DNA from: Escherichia coli | Lineage (GTDB): Bacteria; Pseudomonadota; Gammaproteobacteria; Enterobacterales; Enterobacteriaceae | Direction: 5' to 3' (one strand) | NCBI RefSeq assembly: GCF_013315695.1 | Contig: NZ_CP054353.1 | Length of the DNA stretch: 64,000 bases | Shown here: positions 10,886-23,240 of the stretch, piece by piece | Layout: each line of letters begins with the position of its first letter | How positions within the stretch are numbered: position 1 is the stretch's first letter | Program-made: the position numbers and the translations under genes | Notes under the pieces: generated by a model | Databases searched by the model: none | Seen by the model: only the letters and a program-made list of their open reading frames with translations | Told to the model about the DNA's origin: nothing

Positions 10886-11293
10886 TTAGTTGCCCAGACC
10901 GCGACCGGCGTCTTTCTCTTCGATTAACTCAATTTTGTAACCGTCCGGATCTTCCACAAACGCGATAACCGTAGTACCGCCTTTTACCGGACCCGCTTCA
11001 CGGGTCACGTTACCCCCGTTTTGACGGATTTTTTCGCACGCTTCAGCGGCGTTATCAACGCTAAGCGCGATGTGACCATAAGCAGTGCCGAGTTCGTATT
11101 TATCCACGCCCCAGTTGTAGGTCAGTTCAATCACCGCTTCTTCGGTTTCCGGGCCGTAGCCAACAAACGCCAGTGAGTATTTGTATTCCGGGTTTTCGCT
11201 GGTACGCAGCAGTTTCATGCCCAGTACTTTGGTATAAAAATCGATGGAGCGTTGCAGATCGCCAACGCGCAGCATGGTATGAAGAAGACGCAT
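10886..11293 (-). CDS. gloA: Glyoxalase I
   Basis: 135-aa [29 protein letters not shown]... Confidence 0.95.
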
Positions 11294-11373
11294 CTTTATA
11301 TCCTCAAAATGGCTAACAGATTCAAAATGTTGTTTTAGTATAGCGGCGGCTTTGCGCCGCTCGCAATGTTGGA

Positions 11374-12471
11374 TTACAGCGTCGGGTAATCAGTGTAGCC
11401 TTCCGCGCCGCCACCGTAAAAACTTTCGGCACGCTGTGGGTTAAGCTCAGCTTTGCGTTGCAAGCGGGCGACCAGATCCGGGTTCGCAATCCAGTCACGA
11501 CCAAATGCCACCGCATCAATTAACCCTTTGCCGATCAGCGTTTCGGCTTTTTCTACCGTGTATGCACCTGCGCCGATAATCGGACCGTGGAAACGGGCGC
11601 GTACTTTTTCGCGGAACGCATCAGTATACGGCTCACCCCCCGCCCAATCTGGTTCTGACATATGCAGATAAGCAATGCCGCGTTTACCCAGTTGTTCAAT
11701 CAGATACAGTGCATCGGCTTCTTCATTCGGGCCGTTATCTGTGTTCTGGAAAGTACCGATTGGCGAAACGCGAATGCCAATGCGATCGGCACCCCATTCT
11801 TCAATCCCTGCATCGACCACTTCCAGCACCAGACGTGCGCGATTTTCCACGCTGCCGCCGTACTGATCGGTACGATGGTTTGAAGAAGGAGAAAGGAACT
11901 GATGCAGCAAATAACCATGAGCAGAGTGGAGCTCTACCAGATCAAAACCGGCTTCACGCGCGTTAGAAATGGCCTGACGGAAATCATTGACGATACCCGG
12001 AATCTCTTCCAGTTCAAGCGCACGCGGCATGGATGTTTCAACACGGATCGCCTGACCATTTTCATCGCGCAGAGAAGTACGTGTTCCCGCGCTAAGTGCG
12101 GAAGGCGCTACCGGTGACTGACCGCCAGGTTGCAGGCTGGCGTGAGAAATGCGTCCGGTGTGCCACAGCTGTACGGCCATATGACCATTTTCAGCATGAA
12201 CGCCAGCGGTAATTTTTTTCCATGCGGCAATTTGTTCCGGACTATGGATGCCAGGTGCACCAGCATACCCTTTTGCCTGGGCAGAAATTTGCGTGGCTTC
12301 GCTAATAATCAAACCGGCACTGGCACGTTGGCGATAGTATTCCGCCATCAACGGGGTAGGGATGTCACCCGGTTCAATACTGCGAAGACGCGTCAGCGGT
12401 GCCATAAAAATACGGTTTGCCGCCGTGATCGCGCCCACTTTCAGTGGGGAATACAGTTTTTCAGATGACAT
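11374..12471 (-). CDS. nemA: N-ethylmaleimide reductase (Old Yellow Enzyme family)
   Basis: 365-aa ORF with OYE-family sequence; preceded by nemR. Confidence 0.95.
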
Positions 12472-12507
12472 AAAGGCTCCCGGTCGTCTGGTGATAAAAA
12501 ATGCCTG

Positions 12508-13107
12508 CTAAACGGCAGGCGTCGCAATAATGGTTTTTACATGTGCCAGCGCGTTTTCCAGTGGCTCGTAATTGCGCGAAATTTTGGCCTGCAGATTCGC
12601 ACCCAGCCACAGTGCGTAAAGCACTTGTGCCTGTTGCAGCGGTTCGCCACAAAAGGTTAAACAATGGCTATCACGGCCATTTTCCAGCGCCTGCGAGAGC
12701 AGGGCGATCACGCCGCGAGCGCCTTTATCCATCGCGCTACGCATATCTTCTGACAGATCGCACACTTCGGCAGAGAGTTTTACTGTCAGGCAACCACTGA
12801 TGGTTCCATGTTGGCAAAACTGGTTCAGTGTTTGCTGGTAATAAGCCAGTATGCGGTCGCGGTAGTTACCTTCGCCGGATTGCAGCAACTCAGTCAGTCG
12901 CTGGTGATATGCGGCGTAATGGCGCTCAAGCATGGCAACGCCAAACGCTTCTTTAGAGCGAAAGTAGTGATAGAAGGACCCTTTCGGCACTTCAGCAGTT
13001 TTTAGGAGTTCGCTTAGCCCCATCCCGGTGAATCCACGTTGCAGGCAAAGTTGCTCGCCCGTCGCCAGGAGATGTTCGCGAGTATCATGTTCGGTGTGTT
13101 TGTTCAT
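12508..13107 (-). CDS. nemR: TetR-family repressor NemR
   Basis: 199-aa ORF with N-terminal TetR HTH; upstream of nemA. Confidence 0.92.
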   Translation of the reverse strand: MNKHTEHDTREHLLATGEQLCLQRGFTGMGLSELLKTAEVPKGSFYHYFRSKEAFGVAMLERHYAAYHQRLTELLQSGEGNYRDRILAYYQQTLNQFCQHGTISGCLTVKLSAEVCDLSEDMRSAMDKGARGVIALLSQALENGRDSHCLTFCGEPLQQAQVLYALWLGANLQAKISRNYEPLENALAHVKTIIATPAV

Positions 13108-13121
13108 GCGTTGGAGTGTAG

Positions 13122-13137
13122 TAGACCAGTCGGTCTA
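13122..13137. promoter_or_regulatory. NemR box (operator) in nemR promoter
   Basis: tagaccagtcggtcta = TAGACC-N4-GGTCTA inverted repeat 15 bp upstream of the nemR start; matches the remembered NemR box. Confidence 0.6.
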
Positions 13138-13209
13138 GTGCAAGCAAAGTTGCTACTTTGGGCATTAACAGCTTCAATAGTGGTAATAATCTTATCTGAG
13201 GAGGGCGAA

Positions 13210-13449
13210 GTGGCGGAGCAATTAGAGTTCTTTCCCGTCCAGAGCCCGTGCCGGGGAATTTGCCAGTCTGACGAACGCGGATTTTGTCGCGGCTGCTTTC
13301 GCAGTCGGGATGAGCGTTTTAACTGGAATAAAATGAGCGATGGCGAAAAACAAGAGGTACTGCGCCTTTGTCGGCAGCGATTAATGCGCAAATTACGTGC
13401 AAATAAGCCGGCGTCATCAGATGAACCGGAGCAACCATCACTCTTTTGA
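13210..13449 (+). CDS. ydhL: DUF1289 Cys-rich small protein YdhL
   Basis: GTG start at 13210, in frame with ORF 13039..13449; 79-aa product VAEQLEFFPVQSPCRGICQSDERGFCRGCFRSRDE... with CxxxC...CxxC pattern. Confidence 0.8.
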   Translation: MAEQLEFFPVQSPCRGICQSDERGFCRGCFRSRDERFNWNKMSDGEKQEVLRLCRQRLMRKLRANKPASSDEPEQPSLF

Positions 13450-13497
13450 GCCTAATCTTGCGTATACTCCTCTCATATCTGATAAGAGGAAGCGATT

Positions 13498-14394
13498 ATG
13501 GTTCAGCGTATTACTATTGCGCCGCAAGGCCCGGAGTTTTCCCGTTTTGTGATGGGCTACTGGCGATTGATGGACTGGAATATGTCCGCCCGCCAGCTGG
13601 TCAGTTTTATTGAAGAGCATCTGGATCTCGGCGTGACCACCGTGGACCATGCTGATATTTATGGTGGCTATCAGTGCGAAGCGGCGTTTGGCGAGGCGCT
13701 GAAACTGGCACCTCACCTGCGTGAACGGATGGAAATCGTCAGTAAATGCGGTATCGCGACGACCGCGCGTGAAGAAAACGTCATTGGTCATTACATCACT
13801 GACCGCGATCACATCATTAAGAGCGCCGAACAGTCGCTAATTAATCTCGCGACCGATCATCTGGATCTGCTGTTAATCCACCGACCAGACCCGTTAATGG
13901 ATGCCGATGAAGTGGCGGACGCGTTTAAACATCTGCATCAGAGCGGCAAAGTGCGCCATTTTGGCGTATCCAACTTCACGCCCGCGCAATTTGCCCTGTT
14001 GCAATCACGCCTGCCGTTTACCCTTGCCACTAATCAGGTGGAAATATCCCCGGTGCATCAGCCGTTACTGCTGGATGGCACGCTCGACCAACTGCAACAA
14101 CTGCGTGTTCGTCCGATGGCGTGGTCCTGCCTTGGTGGTGGTCGTCTGTTTAATGATGATTATTTCCAGCCGCTGCGTGATGAACTGGCTGTGGTGGCGG
14201 AGGAGTTAAACGCGGGCTCGATTGAACAGGTGGTTTACGCCTGGGTATTACGTTTACCGTCGCAGCCGCTGCCAATTATCGGCTCAGGTAAAATTGAGCG
14301 CGTACGGGCAGCTGTCGAAGCTGAAACACTGAAAATGACCCGTCAACAATGGTTCCGTATCCGTAAAGCGGCATTGGGTTACGACGTACCGTAA
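13498..14394 (+). CDS. ydhF: Aldo-keto reductase family oxidoreductase YdhF
   Basis: 298-aa ORF; AKR-type sequence; position between ydhL and sodC. Confidence 0.9.
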   Translation: MVQRITIAPQGPEFSRFVMGYWRLMDWNMSARQLVSFIEEHLDLGVTTVDHADIYGGYQCEAAFGEALKLAPHLRERMEIVSKCGIATTAREENVIGHYITDRDHIIKSAEQSLINLATDHLDLLLIHRPDPLMDADEVADAFKHLHQSGKVRHFGVSNFTPAQFALLQSRLPFTLATNQVEISPVHQPLLLDGTLDQLQQLRVRPMAWSCLGGGRLFNDDYFQPLRDELAVVAEELNAGSIEQVVYAWVLRLPSQPLPIIGSGKIERVRAAVEAETLKMTRQQWFRIRKAALGYDVP

Positions 14395-14474
14395 GCACTT
14401 TTAGGAATAGCCGCCGTTCAAAAATGTGTCACTGGTTTACACTTATTCAGGAATGCACAATGAACGGAGGTCCT

Positions 14475-14996
14475 ATGAAACGTTTTAGTCTGGCCATTCT
14501 GGCGCTGGTTGTTGCGACCGGCGCACAAGCTGCCAGTGAAAAAGTCGAGATGAACCTCGTCACGTCGCAAGGGGTTGGGCAGTCAATTGGTAGCGTCACC
14601 ATTACTGAAACCGATAAAGGTCTGGAGTTTTCGCCCGACCTGAAAGCATTACCCCCCGGTGAACATGGCTTCCATATTCATGCCAAAGGAAGCTGCCAGC
14701 CAGCCACCAAAGATGGCAAAGCCAGCGCCGCGGAATCCGCAGGCGGGCATCTTGATCCACAAAATACCGGTAAACATGAAGGGCCAGAAGGTGCCGGGCA
14801 TTTAGGCGATCTGCCTGCACTGGTCGTCAATAATGACGGCAAAGCTACCGATGCCGTCATCGCGCCTCGTCTGAAATCACTGGATGAAGTCAAAGACAAA
14901 GCACTGATGGTCCACGTTGGCGGCGATAATATGTCCGATCAACCTAAACCGCTGGGCGGTGGCGGTGAACGCTATGCCTGTGGTGTAATTAAGTAA
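14475..14996 (+). CDS. sodC: Periplasmic Cu,Zn superoxide dismutase SodC
   Basis: ATG at 14475 after ggagg SD; signal peptide MKRFSLAILALVVATGAQA, Cu/Zn-SOD His-rich motifs (GFHIHAKGSC...), 173 aa. Confidence 0.93.
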   Translation: MKRFSLAILALVVATGAQAASEKVEMNLVTSQGVGQSIGSVTITETDKGLEFSPDLKALPPGEHGFHIHAKGSCQPATKDGKASAAESAGGHLDPQNTGKHEGPEGAGHLGDLPALVVNNDGKATDAVIAPRLKSLDEVKDKALMVHVGGDNMSDQPKPLGGGGERYACGVIK

Positions 14997-17009
14997 TTAA
15001 GAGGCCAGCGTACCTTGCGGCGGTGCTTGCTCAAGTTGCGAAAGCGAGCAGTACAGCCGCCAGACAATTGCCGCCAGCTCACGGGCGGCAGGTTGATGAT
15101 GACGGGCAAGGCTGTCGCAAATTCGCTGTAATTCTTCAAGTGTGGCCGCCAGTGATTTTTGCTGAACGCCACGCTCACTCATCACTCCGCGCAACAGTGA
15201 AATACAGTTATCCCGTACTCGCGATAACGGATCGGAACGCGATTCCCAGTCGCGCAATTGCCAGACAACATGAGAACAGTTCAGCAGCACTACACCCCAG
15301 CGTAATAACCAACGGCGAGCCATCGCATCCTGGCTGTTACTCAACTGACTGACGTGATGATAAGTGAGCGATTCAAATTCGCTTTCACTCAGTGATGGAT
15401 GGCGGCTTAGTTGATCGACAAAATCCCGGCGCAGCGCGCGAATATGACGGCGACTTTTACGAGCATCCGATCCTGGACGCAGAATGGCGAACGCTAACCA
15501 CGCCAGCGCAACGCCAACGATTTTTGCCAGATTATCGTTAAGAAAATCAGCAAAATCATACACCGGGGGATTAGTGACAGCGATAAACGAACCCATAAAA
15601 ACAATCAGTTGCCCCCACAGTGCGGCAAATTTGGGCATCTGCAATTTAAGAAGCTGCATCGTCGCCAGCAGTGGAAAGAGAAACAGTAAAAATTGCCACA
15701 GATCGCTAATCTGGACCATCAGGCCAAATTTGACCACAAAGCTGAATAGCGAAAGTAACACCAGCGTACGCATCAGCAGTGACAACGACTTAAACGGTGC
15801 TGCGACGGCGGAGTAGAGTACGCAGCTAATTGCTGCCAGCGTTAATGCATTGGCACCGGCATCCCATTGCGAAGCAATACTCCATGCGCCAATCATCATC
15901 AACGTACAAAATGTACGCAGCCCGCTCCACATAGCTTCGGCGTTATCGGTATGACGAGCCAGGCCGGATGTCCGTGGGAGTCTGGTATGATCATCTACAC
16001 CGCTTTGCAGATGATGTAATTCCTGACTACTTTGCAGATAAAGGCGGCAAAAATAACGTAGTCGCTGCCAGAAGGCGATGTGCCGGTAGTCGGCGACGTT
16101 GGTCGGGCGTAGTGGGGCGATAATACGTGCGACGGTGTAAACATCTGTTTGCGAACTGGCGAGCGCCGTCAGCAGCTGTTCGAGAATTTCTCGTGTGGCA
16201 CCTGGCGGTGAGGGCCAGTTGAGCAACATACGTCGCAGGCTGGAGATGACACTGGTCATACGTAATTGCTGGTGGAGCAGCGCATTAAGGCGTGCGTTTT
16301 GCTGGCGAAAACGATAGTGGCTCCAGAAAGCCTGGATACGGAGCAAATTCATGGTCAGTATCTGCCCAATCACCCCCTCATGTGCTGCACGAATGGCATC
16401 GGTTGTTTCAGGCTGCCAGAGTAAACTGGCATGTTCCAGCAATCGGGCGTGCATGTTTTTCAATGCGGTTAAAAGGGCTGTAGCATCGGAACTGCTCGGC
16501 AGGATCATCATCATCATGCCGCCGCACAAAATACCGACAATCACCTCGCAAACGCGCGCCTGAGCGATATCCCACAGCTGGCTGGCCTCAGTAATATTAA
16601 CCATCGGAAAGGCGATGATGGCAGCCGTGTAGCCCGCCAGTTGAAATGCATACGCGACATTATTCGTGAAGTGCGCACAGGCCCAGGTACAAAAGCCAAG
16701 CCACGCCGCCATGCTCAAAAGAAAAAACCACGGCTCATTAAGTGTATGTCCGGCAAGAAGCAGTGCCGCAATGGCTCCGAGCAAACTGCCAGCGATGCGT
16801 CCGAGGCTTTTGCTGATGACACCGCCAACGGTGGGAAAGCTAACCACCGCAGCCGAGGTCATCGCCCAATAGGGTTCATCCAGATTCAAATAATAGGCAA
16901 CCGTCAGCGCCAGACACATGGCAATAGTATTGCGTAACGCATAACGCCATTGCGCCAGCGTGGCCCTGAACCAGGGCAAATTGCGCAAGGACCATGACGA
17001 TGTGTTCAT
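14997..17009 (-). CDS. ydhK: FUSC-family (aromatic acid exporter-like) inner membrane protein YdhK
   Basis: 670-aa ORF; stop abuts the sodC stop; overlaps ydhJ by 1 nt. Confidence 0.9.
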   Translation of the reverse strand: MNTSSWSLRNLPWFRATLAQWRYALRNTIAMCLALTVAYYLNLDEPYWAMTSAAVVSFPTVGGVISKSLGRIAGSLLGAIAALLLAGHTLNEPWFFLLSMAAWLGFCTWACAHFTNNVAYAFQLAGYTAAIIAFPMVNITEASQLWDIAQARVCEVIVGILCGGMMMMILPSSSDATALLTALKNMHARLLEHASLLWQPETTDAIRAAHEGVIGQILTMNLLRIQAFWSHYRFRQQNARLNALLHQQLRMTSVISSLRRMLLNWPSPPGATREILEQLLTALASSQTDVYTVARIIAPLRPTNVADYRHIAFWQRLRYFCRLYLQSSQELHHLQSGVDDHTRLPRTSGLARHTDNAEAMWSGLRTFCTLMMIGAWSIASQWDAGANALTLAAISCVLYSAVAAPFKSLSLLMRTLVLLSLFSFVVKFGLMVQISDLWQFLLFLFPLLATMQLLKLQMPKFAALWGQLIVFMGSFIAVTNPPVYDFADFLNDNLAKIVGVALAWLAFAILRPGSDARKSRRHIRALRRDFVDQLSRHPSLSESEFESLTYHHVSQLSNSQDAMARRWLLRWGVVLLNCSHVVWQLRDWESRSDPLSRVRDNCISLLRGVMSERGVQQKSLAATLEELQRICDSLARHHQPAARELAAIVWRLYCSLSQLEQAPPQGTLAS

Positions 17010-17866
17010 TATTGACCTACGGCAATGCTACAGGTGGTGCCCGACACCAGCGTAACATCGCCTGGGACTTTATCCAGCGCAAAGCGGACGGGAACGCGTT
17101 GGGCGAGTCGAACCCAGGGGACGTTAGGTTTCACATCCGGAATAAGGCTTGAGTCACTTTCAACGCTCTGATCATAAATCGCCCGACCGATACTGGAAAC
17201 GTGACCCTGTAACGTTTTGTTGTCACTATAGAGGGTAATTTGTGCTGGTGCACCTTCGCGGATATGGCGCAACTTGGTTTCTTCAAAATAACCAATGACG
17301 TAAAACGAGTGGCTGTCGACAAGGGCAAACAGCGGTTTCCCGGTGTCAGCGTAATCGCCGATGCGGGTAGTGAGGTTAGTCACCCATCCACTCACCGGGG
17401 CGCGAATTTCCGTTTGCGCCAGTTGCCATTGTGCCTGTTTCAGCGTCGCCTGTGCGGCATCAACACTGGCCTGCATCGCTTTAACATTGAGGTTAGCGGT
17501 ATCGAGTTCTTCGGCAGAAATAAAATTTTGTGAGAGATGACGACGACGATTCGCTTCGTTATTGGCTTTTGCGAGGTCAGATTGCGCTTTCGCCAGCTGA
17601 GCCTGTGCGTTCAGCTCGGCGATCTGAAAGGGCGTTTTATCGATCGTGAGCAGAAGATCCCCCGCGTTAACCAGTTGGTTGTCTTTTATATTCAACTCAA
17701 CAATACGTCCCGACACCTGAGGGGTGATAGAAACCTGTTCTGCGCGTATTTTCCCGTCGCGTGTCCACGGAGATTGCATGTAATAATTCCACAGCCACCA
17801 TCCGGCAAGAACCGCAACTACCGCTACAATGATTGTTGAGAAATACTTAATTGTTTTAATTGACAT
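17009..17866 (-). CDS. ydhJ: HlyD-family membrane fusion protein YdhJ
   Basis: Start chosen at MSIKTIKYF (ATG 17864-17866), 2 nt after the ydhI stop; ORF track extends 14 codons further upstream. Confidence 0.85.
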   Translation of the reverse strand: MSIKTIKYFSTIIVAVVAVLAGWWLWNYYMQSPWTRDGKIRAEQVSITPQVSGRIVELNIKDNQLVNAGDLLLTIDKTPFQIAELNAQAQLAKAQSDLAKANNEANRRRHLSQNFISAEELDTANLNVKAMQASVDAAQATLKQAQWQLAQTEIRAPVSGWVTNLTTRIGDYADTGKPLFALVDSHSFYVIGYFEETKLRHIREGAPAQITLYSDNKTLQGHVSSIGRAIYDQSVESDSSLIPDVKPNVPWVRLAQRVPVRFALDKVPGDVTLVSGTTCSIAVGQ

Positions 17867-17868
17867 AG

Positions 17869-18105
17869 TTACCACGCAATCAGTATTGCCAGGGCAAGGC
17901 AAACGCAAATCGCAAACAGCGATAAATCCATTAACAAGGGATGCCAGATGTCACCGGCGTAGATCCAGCCACGAAGCAGGCGGTGTACGACAAGCCAGAT
18001 GACGAATCCAAACGCGAAGGCTTTGAAAAACGGAGGAAAGTAGACGGACGCACCGAACACCAGATCTTGTAAGGGCAATCCTGTTGCATTGAGCATAAAC
18101 TTCAC
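17869..18105 (-). CDS. ydhI: DUF1656 small membrane protein YdhI
   Basis: 78-aa hydrophobic ORF, first gene of ydhIJK, divergent from slyA. Confidence 0.85.
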
Positions 18106-18277
18106 AAAGTAGATTCCTTTACGACCGAATATATTGCGTTAGATTAATAAATATTCTTTAAGTGCGAAAAATTTACGCGCAATTTCTGAAAAATATGTCT
18201 GACGGTAACCAAATGCAGCAATACATTTGTTTTAGCAATACAATTGCTGCACACTATTCTAAAAGCCGCATAATATC

Positions 18278-18289
18278 TTAGCAAGCTAA
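18278..18289. promoter_or_regulatory. SlyA consensus binding site in slyA/ydhI divergent promoter
   Basis: Perfect 12-bp palindrome TTAGCAAGCTAA 11 bp upstream of the slyA start; matches the remembered SlyA box. Confidence 0.6.
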
Positions 18290-18299
18290 TTATAAGGAG

Positions 18300-18740
18300 A
18301 TGAAATTGGAATCGCCACTAGGTTCTGATCTGGCACGGTTGGTGCGCATATGGCGTGCTCTGATAGACCATCGCCTGAAACCGCTGGAGTTAACACAAAC
18401 CCATTGGGTTACGTTACACAATATCCATCAGTTACCTCCAGACCAGTCGCAAATTCAACTGGCAAAAGCGATTGGCATCGAGCAGCCATCACTGGTCCGT
18501 ACTCTGGACCAACTGGAAGAAAAAGGGTTAATTTCGCGTCAAACTTGTGCCAGCGATCGTCGGGCTAAACGTATTAAACTGACGGAAAAGGCAGAGCCAC
18601 TGATCAGCGAAATGGAAGCTGTTATTAACAAAACCCGCGCGGAAATTTTACATGGCATCTCCGCAGAGGAACTGGAACAACTGATTACGCTCATCGCAAA
18701 ACTTGAGCATAATATCATTGAGTTACAGGCCAAAGGGTGA
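18300..18740 (+). CDS. slyA: MarR-family regulator SlyA
   Basis: 146-aa [45 protein letters not shown]... Confidence 0.95.
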
Positions 18741-18750
18741 AATGAAGGGG

Positions 18751-18778
18751 GCGTGTGGTCAGTAACCTGACCACACGC
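18751..18778. terminator. Bidirectional hairpin between convergent slyA and slyB
   Basis: gcgtgtggtcag-taac-ctgaccacacgc, 12-bp perfect stem. Confidence 0.6.
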
Positions 18779-18786
18779 AAACTTAT

Positions 18787-19254
18787 TTAGCGCGGAGAAA
18801 CGGTCACCTGACTGCCATTGCTGGCCAGTACGACACGTTGGCCCGGAGAGAAACGAGTGTTGCCTTGTTTCTGTACCACCATGATGGTATTACCATCGTC
18901 TTTACGAATTTCCAGCTCGACACCCTGCGTTTTGTTCATTGCACTCTGTACGCCCTGACCAGCTACGCCACCTGCAACAGCGCCTGCTGCAGTAGCCAGA
19001 GAACGCCCGGTTCCGCCACCAACAGTATTTCCCAGGAAACCACCAAGAACAGCACCGCCAATTGCACCGATAACGTTGGAATCATCACCGCCCTGAATTT
19101 GTACCGGACGTACGTTAACGATGGTGCCATAGCTGACATTCTGTACTTGTTTCGCTTCAGAAGCGGTATAAACATCCCCTGACAGGGTGTCGTTATTAAC
19201 ACAACCGACAAGAGACAGACCTACCATTGAAACAACCAATACGCGTTTAATCAT
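18787..19254 (-). CDS. slyB: Outer membrane lipoprotein SlyB
   Basis: 155-aa ORF, lipobox LVGC, Gly-rich region. Confidence 0.93.
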   Translation of the reverse strand: MIKRVLVVSMVGLSLVGCVNNDTLSGDVYTASEAKQVQNVSYGTIVNVRPVQIQGGDDSNVIGAIGGAVLGGFLGNTVGGGTGRSLATAAGAVAGGVAGQGVQSAMNKTQGVELEIRKDDGNTIMVVQKQGNTRFSPGQRVVLASNGSQVTVSPR

Positions 19255-19527
19255 TGAAAAATCTCCTGTTCACCATGAAACGCCACGCAAGCATCCCTCA
19301 TGGTCAAAGTATATGGCATATGTGAATCCATGGTTACATATTCTACCAAATATGAGCAAATCATAATGAAAGTAGGATCAACCAATTATAAACAAAACAT
19401 TCATGATGATTATTGATTTGAAGATAATGTTTTACTACCAACGGTAAAAATCGGTCATTCCGCATGGTATTCACGAAAAGTTTATGTTTGAGTGGTGCGC
19501 AAACGTCAGATTGAAAAAGGATGAACT

Positions 19528-20637
19528 ATGAAATCGGGCCGCTTTATTGGCGTTATGTCAGGCACCAGCCTTGATGGTGTTGATGTTGTGTTGGCGACAA
19601 TTGATGAACGCCGGGTCGCACAGCTGGCAAGTTTGAGCTGGCCGATCCCGGTGTCTCTGAAACAGGCTGTACTGGATATTTGCCAGGGCCAGCAGCTTAC
19701 ACTTTCGCAGTTTGGACAGCTTGATACTCAACTCGGGCGACTTTTTGCTGATGCGGTCAATGCCTTGCTTAAGGAACAGAACCTGCAGGCGAGAGATATC
19801 GTTGCGATCGGCTGTCACGGTCAAACCGTCTGGCATGAACCGACGGGCGTGGCACCACACACTTTACAGATTGGCGATAACAATCAAATTGTGGCGCGCA
19901 CCGGAATTACGGTTGTCGGTGATTTTCGCCGTCGCGATATTGCCTTGGGAGGACAAGGCGCACCGCTGGTACCTGCGTTCCATCATGCGCTGCTGGCTCA
20001 CCCAACCGAGCGACGAATGGTGCTCAATATTGGTGGCATTGCCAATCTGTCACTGCTCATTCCTGGGCAGCCGGTAGGGGGCTACGATACCGGCCCTGGT
20101 AACATGCTGATGGATGCCTGGATCTGGCGTCAGGCAGGTAAACCTTACGATAAAGATGCCGAGTGGGCACGGGCGGGTAAAGTCATTCTCCCACTGCTGC
20201 AAAATATGCTCAGCGACCCATATTTCTCGCAACCTGCACCGAAAAGTACCGGACGCGAATACTTTAACTACGGCTGGCTGGAGCGCCATTTGCGCCATTT
20301 TCCGGGTGTTGATCCCCGAGATGTACAGGCGACACTGGCAGAACTCACCGCCGTGACCATTTCTGAACAAGTTTTGTTGAGCGGTGGCTGCGAACGATTG
20401 ATGGTATGTGGTGGAGGAAGTCGTAATCCGCTACTCATGGCGCGTCTGGCGGCATTACTGCCAGGCACAGAAGTCACCACCACCGATGCCGTTGGCATTA
20501 GTGGCGATGACATGGAAGCATTGGCTTTCGCCTGGCTTGCCTGGCGAACGCTGGCGGGATTACCAGGAAATCTGCCTTCCGTCACTGGCGCAAGCCAGGA
20601 GACGGTACTGGGGGCTATTTTCCCCGCTAACCTGTGA
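19528..20637 (+). CDS. anmK: Anhydro-N-acetylmuramic acid kinase
   Basis: 369-aa [26 protein letters not shown]... Confidence 0.93.
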   Translation: MKSGRFIGVMSGTSLDGVDVVLATIDERRVAQLASLSWPIPVSLKQAVLDICQGQQLTLSQFGQLDTQLGRLFADAVNALLKEQNLQARDIVAIGCHGQTVWHEPTGVAPHTLQIGDNNQIVARTGITVVGDFRRRDIALGGQGAPLVPAFHHALLAHPTERRMVLNIGGIANLSLLIPGQPVGGYDTGPGNMLMDAWIWRQAGKPYDKDAEWARAGKVILPLLQNMLSDPYFSQPAPKSTGREYFNYGWLERHLRHFPGVDPRDVQATLAELTAVTISEQVLLSGGCERLMVCGGGSRNPLLMARLAALLPGTEVTTTDAVGISGDDMEALAFAWLAWRTLAGLPGNLPSVTGASQETVLGAIFPANL

Positions 20638-20734
20638 TATCAGAGTTAACTGAATTTTTCTTACCGCGTCTGCCGTTACACTTGGAACGTTAGGGAGGGC
20701 GTATTGCCCTCCAGACCAGGAAAGTCTTCGGGAT

Positions 20735-21064
20735 ATGTCTATGAAAAAACTGTTACTGATCTGTTTGCCGGTCCTTCTCACCGGCTGTAGCGTGTTCAAT
20801 CAACTGGTTGAGCGCATGCAAACCGATACGCTGGAATACCAGTGTGATGAAAAACCGTTGACGGTCAAACTGAATAATCCGCGCCAGGAAGTCAGTTTTG
20901 TTTATGATAATCAACTATTGCATCTCAAACAGGGCATTTCTGCGTCTGGTGCACGTTACACCGACGGGATCTATGTTTTCTGGTCGAAAGGCGAGGAAGC
21001 GACTGTCTATAAACGCGACCGCATCGTCTTGAATAACTGTCAGTTACAAAATCCACAGCGTTGA
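20735..21064 (+). CDS. mliC: Membrane-bound lysozyme inhibitor of C-type lysozyme
   Basis: 109-aa ORF with lipobox LTGC. Confidence 0.9.
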   Translation: MSMKKLLLICLPVLLTGCSVFNQLVERMQTDTLEYQCDEKPLTVKLNNPRQEVSFVYDNQLLHLKQGISASGARYTDGIYVFWSKGEEATVYKRDRIVLNNCQLQNPQR

Positions 21065-21122
21065 GATTTTTCCAGGGGCGGCGCACAATAGCGTCACCCA
21101 CTGACAATCCGTAAAGAAAACC

Positions 21123-21779
21123 ATGTCTGATAACGACGAATTGCAGCAAATCGCGCATCTGCGCCGTGAATACACCAAAGGCGGGTTACGCCGCCGCGAT
21201 CTTCCCGCCGATCCATTAACCCTTTTTGAACGCTGGCTCTCTCAGGCTTGTGACGCCAAACTGGCGGACCCTACCGCGATGGTGGTCGCTACCGTGGATG
21301 AACATGGTCAGCCTTATCAGCGCATCGTTTTACTCAAACATTACGACGAAAAAGGCATGGTGTTTTACACCAACCTCGGCAGCCGTAAAGCACATCAAAT
21401 CGAAAATAATCCGCGCGTTAGCCTGCTGTTCCCGTGGCATACCCTTGAGCGCCAGGTGATGGTGATCGGTAAAGCGGAACGACTTTCGACTCTCGAAGTG
21501 ATGAAATATTTTCATAGTCGCCCACGTGATAGCCAGATTGGTGCATGGGTTTCGAAGCAGTCCAGTCGCATTTCTGCCCGCGGTATCCTTGAAAGTAAAT
21601 TCCTGGAGCTGAAGCAGAAGTTTCAACAGGGCGAAGTGCCATTGCCGAGTTTTTGGGGCGGTTTTCGCGTCAGCCTTGAACAGATTGAGTTCTGGCAGGG
21701 CGGTGAGCATCGCCTGCATGACCGCTTTTTGTACCAGCGTGAAAATGATGCGTGGAAGATTGATCGTCTTGCCCCCTGA
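21123..21779 (+). CDS. pdxH: Pyridoxine/pyridoxamine 5'-phosphate oxidase
   Basis: 218-aa ORF; pdxH-tyrS-pdxY arrangement. Confidence 0.95.
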   Translation: MSDNDELQQIAHLRREYTKGGLRRRDLPADPLTLFERWLSQACDAKLADPTAMVVATVDEHGQPYQRIVLLKHYDEKGMVFYTNLGSRKAHQIENNPRVSLLFPWHTLERQVMVIGKAERLSTLEVMKYFHSRPRDSQIGAWVSKQSSRISARGILESKFLELKQKFQQGEVPLPSFWGGFRVSLEQIEFWQGGEHRLHDRFLYQRENDAWKIDRLAP

Positions 21780-21907
21780 AAAGATGCAAAAATCTTGCTT
21801 TAATCGCTGGTACTCCTGATTCTGGCACTTTATTCTATGTCTCTTTCGCATCTGGCGAAAAGTCGTGTACCGGCAAAGGTGCAGTCGTTATATACATGGA
21901 GATTTTG

Positions 21908-23182
21908 ATGGCAAGCAGTAACTTGATTAAACAATTGCAAGAGCGGGGGCTGGTAGCCCAGGTGACGGACGAGGAAGCGTTAGCAGAGCGACTGGCGCAA
22001 GGCCCGATCGCGCTCTATTGCGGCTTCGATCCTACCGCTGACAGCTTGCATTTGGGGCATCTTGTTCCATTGTTATGCCTGAAACGCTTCCAGCAGGCGG
22101 GCCACAAGCCGGTTGCGCTGGTAGGCGGCGCGACGGGTCTGATTGGCGACCCGAGCTTCAAAGCTGCTGAGCGTAAGCTGAACACCGAAGAAACTGTTCA
22201 GGAATGGGTGGACAAAATCCGCAAGCAGGTTGCCCCGTTCCTCGATTTCGACTGTGGAGAAAACTCTGCTATCGCGGCGAACAACTATGACTGGTTCGGC
22301 AATATGAATGTGCTGACCTTCCTGCGCGATATTGGCAAACACTTCTCCGTTAACCAGATGATCAACAAAGAAGCGGTTAAGCAGCGTCTCAACCGTGAAG
22401 ATCAGGGGATTTCGTTCACTGAGTTTTCCTACAACCTGTTGCAGGGTTATGACTTCGCCTGTCTGAACAAACAGTACGGTGTGGTGCTGCAAATTGGTGG
22501 TTCTGACCAGTGGGGTAACATCACTTCTGGTATCGACCTGACCCGTCGTCTGCATCAGAATCAGGTGTTTGGCTTGACCGTTCCGCTGATCACCAAAGCA
22601 GACGGCACCAAATTTGGTAAAACTGAAGGCGGCGCAGTCTGGTTGGATCCGAAGAAAACCAGCCCGTACAAATTCTACCAGTTCTGGATTAACACTGCGG
22701 ATGCCGACGTTTACCGCTTCCTGAAGTTCTTCACCTTTATGAGCATTGAAGAGATCAACGCCCTGGAAGAAGAAGATAAAAACAGCGGTAAAGCACCGCG
22801 CGCCCAGTATGTACTGGCGGAGCAGGTGAGTCGTCTGGTTCACGGTGAAGAAGGTTTACAGGCGGCAAAACGTATTACCGAATGCCTGTTCAGCGGTTCC
22901 TGGAGTGCGCTGAGTGAAGCGGACTTCGAACAGCTGGCGCAGGACGGCGTACCGATGGTTGAGATGGAAAAAGGCGCAGACCTGATGCAGGCGCTGGTCG
23001 ATTCTGAACTGCAACCATCTCGTGGTCAGGCGCGTAAAACTATCGCCTCCAATGCCATCACCATTAACGGTGAAAAACAATCCGATCCTGAATACTTCTT
23101 TAAAGAAGAAGATCGTCTGTTTGGTCGTTTTACCTTACTGCGTCGCGGCAAAAAGAATTACTGTCTGATTTGCTGGAAATAA
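21908..23182 (+). CDS. tyrS: Tyrosyl-tRNA synthetase
   Basis: Start at [15 protein letters not shown] (ATG 21908); HLGH (HIGH-class) and KFGKT (KMSKS-class) motifs present. Confidence 0.95.
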   Translation: MASSNLIKQLQERGLVAQVTDEEALAERLAQGPIALYCGFDPTADSLHLGHLVPLLCLKRFQQAGHKPVALVGGATGLIGDPSFKAAERKLNTEETVQEWVDKIRKQVAPFLDFDCGENSAIAANNYDWFGNMNVLTFLRDIGKHFSVNQMINKEAVKQRLNREDQGISFTEFSYNLLQGYDFACLNKQYGVVLQIGGSDQWGNITSGIDLTRRLHQNQVFGLTVPLITKADGTKFGKTEGGAVWLDPKKTSPYKFYQFWINTADADVYRFLKFFTFMSIEEINALEEEDKNSGKAPRAQYVLAEQVSRLVHGEEGLQAAKRITECLFSGSWSALSEADFEQLAQDGVPMVEMEKGADLMQALVDSELQPSRGQARKTIASNAITINGEKQSDPEYFFKEEDRLFGRFTLLRRGKKNYCLICWK

Positions 23183-23197
23183 TGCATTAAGTGGAAA

Positions 23198-23230
23198 GGG
23201 GGAGTGAGAAATCACTCCCCCTGGTTTTTA
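23198..23230 (+). terminator. Rho-independent terminator after tyrS
   Basis: gggggagtga-gaaa-tcactccccc followed by tggttttta. Confidence 0.7.
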
Positions 23231-23240
23231 TACAGGGAAC

